A stretch of 64,000 nucleotides of DNA from Saccostrea cucullata (lineage: Eukaryota), in contig NW_026940558.1 of the NCBI RefSeq assembly GCF_032062105.1, positions 1-64,000 on the forward strand. The letters run 5' to 3'. A program made the position numbers and the translations under genes. Positions 56,806-64,000 of this stretch are shown here, piece after piece (positions within the stretch are counted from its first letter, which is position 1; every line of letters starts with the position of its first letter). Under the pieces are notes generated by a model. That model saw only the letters and a program-made list of their open reading frames with translations. It searched no databases and was not told where the DNA came from.

Positions 56806-57324
56806 TATGCGCCCGGATCGATAGCTCCAGGGCGTATATTGTTTTTGTCCTGTCTGTCTGTCTGTCTGTTTGTTTGTTTGTCTCGAACTTTAACCTTCAC
56901 CATAACTTTTGAACCATGAAAGATAGAGACTTCATATTAAGTATGCATACTCCACTAATCAAGTTTTTTCAAATGACACCAAGTTCAATGACCTTGTGAC
57001 CTTGACTGGGACCTATATGATAAACAAAGCTTTTTTTCTGCAAACTTTAACCTTCGCCATAACTTTTGAACCATTAAAGATAGAGACTTGTGACCTTGAC
57101 TATGACCTGTGTGACGAAAATAGCTCTTTTGAACCCTCACTATAACTTTTGAACCATGAGAGATTGAGATTTCATATTTGATAAGCATACTCCATTAATC
57201 AAGCTCTTTCACATAACACCATTGTCAATGACCTTGTGACCTGGACTGTGACCTTAATCCTAAAATTAGCTTTTTCCAAAAATGTTGCTGCCTGGCGGAT
57301 AGTGTTTCACAAATACATCTTGTT
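56806..57324 (+). mobile_element. HINE element
   Basis: 5' tttttatgcgcccgg, (tgtc)n, internal repeats (ccataacttttgaacca; tgaccttgtgaccttgac) and 3' gtgtttcacaaatacatcttgtt. Confidence 0.7.
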
Positions 57325-57689
57325 TCCTTTGTATAGCTACTTTGAAGACATTGAGATACTGTTTCACTGAATAAAAGGGAATTGTGTGCGTCAGAATATA
57401 AATTACAAAAATCTACAATTTTAAATTTGCTTAAAAAATTAATTTAGTGTACACTGCATATCACATAATCAAAGGTACATTTGTTCTTGCATGTAAGAGC
57501 ACCTGTAGATTTGTCACTTCCATATCGACTGTTAAGAATAAAAAGATTTTTATTGACACAAAAATCTACTAATTTGTAACCAAAATTATTGACTTTTACA
57601 TCTTTAACTGTCCTGGCCAGTAGAATTCCAAAAGTTTCTAATAAATTAAGATCTGTATTTACACTTTGAGTAACATTATGCAGTTTTGG

Positions 57690-60522
57690 ACATTTTGAAC
57701 ATTTAGACAGATTGAGGATGGTATTTCAAAGACTCAAGGATTGTGGGATAAAGTTATCGCCCAAGAAGTGTTCCTTGTTCAAGAGGAGAGTGAAATATGT
57801 GGGTCACATTGTCTCAGCTGAGGGAATAGATCCTGATGACGACAAAGTTCAGAAGGTCAAGGAGTGGCCTACACCCACAAAACCAGAAGAGGTCAGAAAG
57901 TTTTTAGGATTTGTAGGGTACTACCGGAAATTTATTAAGGACTTTTCCAAAATAGCTCGACCCCTCACAAATCTTATACCATCCACCACCAGGTCAAAGA
58001 CAACAATGAAGAAGAAAACAAGGATTCCTGAGTGGCATTGGGATCAAGAGCAGGAAGAAGCTTTCCAGACACTGAAGCAATGTTTGTCATCCCCACCCAT
58101 ATTATCCTACCCTAATTTTGATCTACCTTTTGAAATCCATACTGATGCCAGTTCAGTTGGATTAGGAGCCATCCTATATCAGAAACAGGAAGGAATCAAC
58201 CATGTGATTGCCTATGCGAGTAGAGGATTGAGTAAATCAGAACGCAACTATCCGGCTCATAAATTAGAATTTTTGGCGCTGAAATGGGCAATCACAGAGA
58301 AATTTCAGGATTACTTATTTGGCAAGAAATTTACAGTCATAACAGACAATAATCCTTTAACGTATGTACTATCCTCAGCAAAACTGGACGCGACAGGGCA
58401 TCGATGGGTGGCAGCATTGGCAGCGTTCGACTTTGATATACTCTACAGACCAGGACGTAACAACTCAGACGCAGACGCGCTCTCAAGGTTACCTGCTGTA
58501 GATCATAAGGATTACCTGCCAATCTCACAAGACTGTATAAGGACCATAGCAAGCATCCATGCTCAGCCTAAAAAACCATACATAGAGAGCTTAAGCTTCA
58601 ACCATGAAACTCTTCAGAGCTTAATGTCAGTACAATGCCAACATATTCAGCATATTGATATTGAGAAGGCACAACATCAGGATTCTATCATAAGAGACTG
58701 GCTATACTTTGTAGACCAGAAGCGATTTCCTAGAAAGCATGAATTACCACCAACACAAGAATCAACAATATTCCGGAAAAACTTCGACAAATTCAAGATC
58801 ATTGACAACAAGCTCTATCGTGAAACAACGATAGATTCGGGGACACAATTACACAACTTGTGGTACCACCTGGCCTTGTAAATGAAGTTTTAAAGTACTC
58901 CCATAATAACATCGGTCATCCGGGGAGAGACAAGACAACATCATTTATAAGAGAGCGATTCTTTTGGCCCGGTATGACATATGATATCGAGGAATGGATT
59001 CGAGGTTGCAAAAGGTGCCTGTTAAGAAAATCACCAACAAATGATAGAGCTCCTTTAGTGAACATTCAAACATCAGAACCATTGGAATTAGTTTGTCTGG
59101 ATTACCTAACATTAGAAACATCAAAAGCGGTTACCAACACATTTTAGTTATTACAGACCACTTTACGAAATATGCCGTTGCTGTACCAACTAGAAATCAA
59201 ACTGCTAAGACTACTGCTGAAATTTTCTATACCAACTTTATTCTTCATTATGGACTTCCAAAACGTTTACACTCAGACCAAGGAGCAAATTTCGAGTCGA
59301 ATATTATAAAGGAACTTTGTCATCTCATGGGAATTGAAAGATCAAGAACTACACCATATCATCCCATGGGAAATGGTTTAACAGAAAGATTCAACCGCAC
59401 CTTACTTCAGATGTTAGGAACACTATCAACAGAACAGAAACAGAATTGGAGGAAGTATGTTGGTCCAATGGTTCATGCATACAACTCATTAAGACAGGAC
59501 ACCACTGGCCATACTCCCTACTTCCTAATGTTTGGACGACAACCCCGGTTACCTGTAGACATAGCTTTTGGATTAAACACCGCCAATACCAAGAAACAAC
59601 CAATGACCAGCTATGTTACAGATTTACAGAAAAGGCTAGAAACAGCTCACAAATTGGCATTAACAGCTACCAAGAAAGCGCAAAATAACCAGAAAAGAAT
59701 TATGACCAAAGAGTAAGAGGTAGTACGATCAATGTCGGAGACACTTTTCTAGTGAAGATCTTGGCTTTTGATGGAAAGCATAAGCTCTCAAATAAATGGG
59801 AAGAAGATCCTTATGTTGTTGTGGCGCAGCCAAATCCTGAAGTCCCTGTCTTTACTGTAAAGAAGGAAAATGGCTTAGGGAGGCAACGCACTCTTCATAG
59901 GAATCTTTTACTCCCAATATCAACTTTAAACCCTGATGACCAGGAGAAAAATCCCAAACCAAAGCCTGTTCCAGCTCCAAGGAGGAAAAGAAATGTCCAT
60001 AACAACAAAGAACCAGAAGTTCTTGAGTTGAATGAGGATCATGATTCAGATGATGAATCTATTATTGTTGTTTCCTCCAAGAAAGTGCCTAGGCCAACAG
60101 TAACTACAAGTTTCCCTCTTGATCAGACTGGTGACGACCAGAACGACAAGAGTGGACAGGATATGGACACTGAGAGGGACGCTTCTCATTCCGCAATGAA
60201 GGAAACAAATTCCATACCTGAAGATACCAGTATCGAAAGTACAGATAGTACAGACTCATCTATAGATGAAGTTAGTGCTGGAGCTGCAGAAGTAGGTTCA
60301 TCTTCAATGGAACCTGCAGAACAGGATGAACAGGATGATCATGAGGATCAAGGAAGGATTGGGAATGATTCAAAGAACTCGGTCAGCTTAACACCTTTAC
60401 CTCCCCCTCGCAGATCCAAGAGAACTACAAAACCACCCCAGTGGATGCGAGATGGGGAATATGCAGTAAATATGGTATGCAGGGCAATGTTGAGTGCAAT
60501 TTTAGATAAAGATTCAGAGTAA
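57690..60522 (+). mobile_element. Gypsy/Ty3 pol, 5'-truncated: RT C-terminal part, RNase H, integrase; three frameshifts
   Basis: KLSPKKC, FLGFVGYYRKFI, HTDASSVGLGA, TDNNPL, GHPGRDKT..C..C, TDHFTKY, HSDQGANFES, GLTERFNRTL across ORFs 57712, 58860, 59093 and 59752. Confidence 0.92.
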
Positions 60523-60624
60523 GTATATGTTTTTGATTCCGATGTTTTTAATTACAGGTACTATATGCTCCACTATATGCTCCAAGTAAATGACGAGGAC
60601 GTCATTTTGTATGGAGGGGGCATA

Positions 60625-61244
60625 TGTGATAGGGTGATATTTTATTTATTTTATTATGTGAATATTATTTAATTAACTCAGCTACTTAATATTCATGCGT
60701 ATTTCATTTTATTTTTAGAATCGCACAACGTTCCGATATTCGCGGAGTTTTTGCGCGCACCGCAATAAAATACAACACTACTTGGTTTTTAATTTTACTT
60801 ATGTTCTAGATATTATTGGTCAGTTCTAATAACCAAGGTTGCGATTGGCTCGGGACGTTTTCCCGCCGATCTCTTTGTTTGATCTTTTAGACAGAGATAG
60901 ACCATTGAGAGAGTTAGATCTATATTTTGGTCACCATATTTATTTACATATTTACATCAGTGTATATTGATAATTTTGAGACGAGACCTCAGGACAGAGA
61001 CTGTAAGTTGACTTCTTTTTCTTTTATCTAATCTAATTCTATATTTTCCGATAATTCATCGTCTTTGATTTTTAATGTAATTTTATGAGGATATACTGAG
61101 TTCAACTTTTTCATTATTACCTGAAGCTTAAAGTATAAATTCTTTGAGTATGTGAATAAAACATCAGTAATGCAGTAGTGTATATAGAGTGTAATTATTG
61201 TTTAATACGAGATACCTGCTATTATTTTCTTTTAATTGTGTGTG
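60625..61244 (+). repeat. Gypsy 3' LTR (right end interrupted)
   Basis: PPT ggaggggg at 60613-60620, then cata|TGTGATAGG. It ends at a (tg)n tract where the Penelope-like fragment begins. Confidence 0.6.
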
Positions 61245-61690
61245 TATGAAGGATATGAAAATAACGAACAGTATTCAATCTCAACGTCCATTAAACAAAT
61301 ATACAAAATAAGAGCAGAGCAAACACGGACCTCCGAAACATCAGAGGTGGGATCAGGTGCCATGGAGGAGTGAGCATCCCCTGCCGACCGGTCACACCCG
61401 CCGTGTGCTCGTTGTCATGATCAAGAAATAACGGGAAAAATCCGTGGTCAATTCAGTGTATAAATAATGGACTAACAACTGGTATGAAAAACGTCAGTCA
61501 GCATTTCATTCAATGATACATTGTATTTGCTGACAAGGTCATTGTATCGACCATAAAATTTTCGAAATTATGACTTTAAACGAGACTGTTGATATTCTTG
61601 TTTCATCAACTTGCTTGTCAATAATTTACCTCGTTTAAGAAATTGTTCATACGTAGAGCATGCTCTTGCGTATCGAATCAACTGAGATAT
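61245..61690 (-). mobile_element. 3' part of Penelope-like (Naiad-type) retroelement
   Basis: ISQLIRYARACSTYEQFLKRGKLLTSKLMKQEYQQSRLKS*FRKFYGRYND. The 3' end abuts a TG microsatellite, and the element is interrupted by the LINE tail at 61691. Confidence 0.7.
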
Positions 61691-64000
61691 AAATAATAAT
61701 AATAATAATAATAATAAAACTTTATTTAAAGAAGGTAACCTGGTTAGTGCATGCACTATTCTTCCCCAGGGCCCTCTATATATATGTACATATATCAAAT
61801 ACAAAATATATACACTTCATCAAGATACAATTCATCATATTCACATACAATTTAGTACATATTATATAGGTTTGAGAATTACAATCACTGAATTATGAAT
61901 AGAGTGTTCAAATACAGACACATCTTAACAATAACAGTACAATATACGATAATGAACTCTTATTATGCTCAAATGATTGTACGACAGCTGATAATGTAAT
62001 TTTCCACATTACGCTTGAATGTTTGTAGAGAATGAGAGAATCTAATTTGTTGGGGAAGTTTATTCCACAGATGTACACCTGAATACTGAAAAGAGGTCTT
62101 GAATAAGTTTGTACGAAATTTTGGTAATCTAAGATCATAATTAGTTTCGGATCGCAGGTTATAAGAAGTTGAAGACTGAAATTCAAATAAATTACGAAGA
62201 TATTCGGGAGTCATTCCACTGAAAATTTTGTATAATAATATGTATTTGTATAGATCAACTAGTTCATAAACTGTTAACCACCCAAGTTTCTCAAACAGAG
62301 GTTTAGAAGAAGAATCAGGACTTGCATCAAGGATAATCCTTGCTGCCCTTTTCTGTAATTTAAATAGTCTGTCCATGTCCTGCTTGGGGGCATTACCCCA
62401 AACAGTCAAACAATAGTTAATAGATGGTAAAATATAAGCATTGTAATAAAGTTTCCTGGTATGAAGAGGGAGAAATGTCTTAATCCTACGAAGCGTAAAT
62501 AACTTATAATTAACCGTTTTACAAACCGAGTCAATATGATTTGCATACTGTAACTTATCATCAATATGTACACCAAGAATTTTTCCAGTTTCAACAATTT
62601 CAATTGTTTTGTCTGAGGCATAAAGTTGTAAATTTGGATTATCTAATTTTGATTTTCTTTGCTTTGTTCCCATTAACATACATTTTGTTTTATCTACATT
62701 TAAAACCATTTGATTTTGAACACACCATTTTTCAATCTCACAAAGATCGGCATTTAGCGTATTTTCTAAACATCGTGCATTATGATTATTTGAATACAGA
62801 GTAACATCATCAGCAAACATATCAATATTTGAATTGTTTACATGGAATGGAAGGTCATTTATGTACAATAAAAATAAAAGAGGGCCCAGAATTGACCCTT
62901 GTGGCACTCCTGCTGTGACGGGTTGAATATTGGAGACACATGTTCCAAATTTAACACACTGGGTCCTGTCGTAAAGATATGACTTAAACCATTTTATAGC
63001 TGTTTGATCAAATTTGTAATGATTTAATTTCTCTAGAAGAATATCGTGACTCACCAAATCAAAAGCTTTACTAAAATCTATAAATCTAATGCCGATTAGT
63101 TCACCACAATCCATTGCATTAAGCCAACTTTCTGTTAGTTTTGTAAGTGAAGTTTGACAAGAATGGAGTTCCCTAAATCCCGACTGGGATTGTGTTAGTA
63201 GATCAAATTCATTAGTGAAGTTTTGTATTAGCTTAGCTACATGTTTTTCTATCAGTTTAGATATAGTTGGTAAAATAGAAATGGGTCGATAATTGTTTGG
63301 GTCAGCTTTGTCACCTTTCTTAAATATAGGTGTTACTTTGGCTTGTTTTAAATTTGTCGGGAAAATACCACTTACAATGCTAGCATTAATAAGATGAGTT
63401 AAAGGTTTACATATATATTTGGATGCGACTTTTAGAAGACGCGGCCCAATAAAGTCAATGCCAGCTGATTTATTGATATTTAGAGAATTTAGCATGTTAA
63501 AAACTTCACTTTCCTCAATTTGATGAATACTAAAGATGGTTTCTTCATCAAGCTTAGACCTTACAAAATTACATAATATATTAGGATCATAATCATGTTT
63601 AGGCAATTTCATCAGAAGCTTATTAGAGATATCCGTAAAGTGGTTATTAAAAGTATTTGCAATATCCTGTAAATTATCAACAATTTCCCCATTAGAAAAC
63701 ACATGAGATGGTGTTACGTTCTTTGAGTTACATGTTAATTGATTAAGATAGTTCCACATTTCTTTGGGATTTGAACTTTGTTCAATAGCTGTTTTATAGT
63801 AAGACGATTTTGATTTGTCTATAAGGAGACTAACTTTGTTACGATAAATTCTATAGTTCTCCATATCTCCTTCTTTATGGTAAGAGTCCCGTAAATGTCT
63901 AGCATTGTTTATTTCTTGCGTCATCCATTTAGGGCGGATTTCACTCTTTACGCGTTTTGTTTTAACCTTTGCATGCTGGTCAAGTATACTATTAAATAAA
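61691..64000 (-). mobile_element. CR1/L2-group LINE with intact RT ORF (61969..63924, continuing beyond window)
   Basis: 651-aa open frame with NYRPISILPTISK, DFSKAFD, GVPQGSILGPLLF and FADD. 3'UTR stem-loop, aataaa and (tta)n tail. Confidence 0.93.

Noticed and set aside
61568-61804. 78-aa ORF with poly-Leu signal-like stretch
   Set aside because: Chance fusion of a LINE 3'UTR, its (tta)n tail and the Penelope-like RT fragment.

Overview
AT-rich, intron-containing animal genomic DNA. The repeat content (Helentron-type HINE elements with ~166-bp internal arrays, CORE- and Meta-type SINEs, Naiad-type Penelope-like elements) points to a bivalve, probably an oyster; this is an inference. The only host gene is on the minus strand at the left end. 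It is a spliced NLR-like protein with a DZIP3-like HEPN domain (RxxxxxH motif), an nSTAND3-like P-loop NTPase and about 20 ankyrin repeats running off the window. As assembled, it is broken by a 161/160-bp tandem duplication. The remaining ~58 kb is a dense nest of mobile elements, many delimited by TIRs and TSDs: Kolobok-like, mariner, CAGG- and CATAC-ended TIR elements, AcademH-like, EnSpm-like, Ginger1-like, piggyBac, a long-TIR foldback, HINEs, CR1/L2 and RTE-X LINEs, SINEs, Gypsy and a near-intact Bel-Pao. The most notable items are the HEPN-STAND-ankyrin gene, a Bel-Pao element whose PBS is the exact complement of 11 nt inside its own LTR (Tf1-like self-priming), a tRNA-containing miniature LTR element, and a covarying 3' stem-loop shared by two LINE copies. 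All family assignments come from motif recognition, not database searches.
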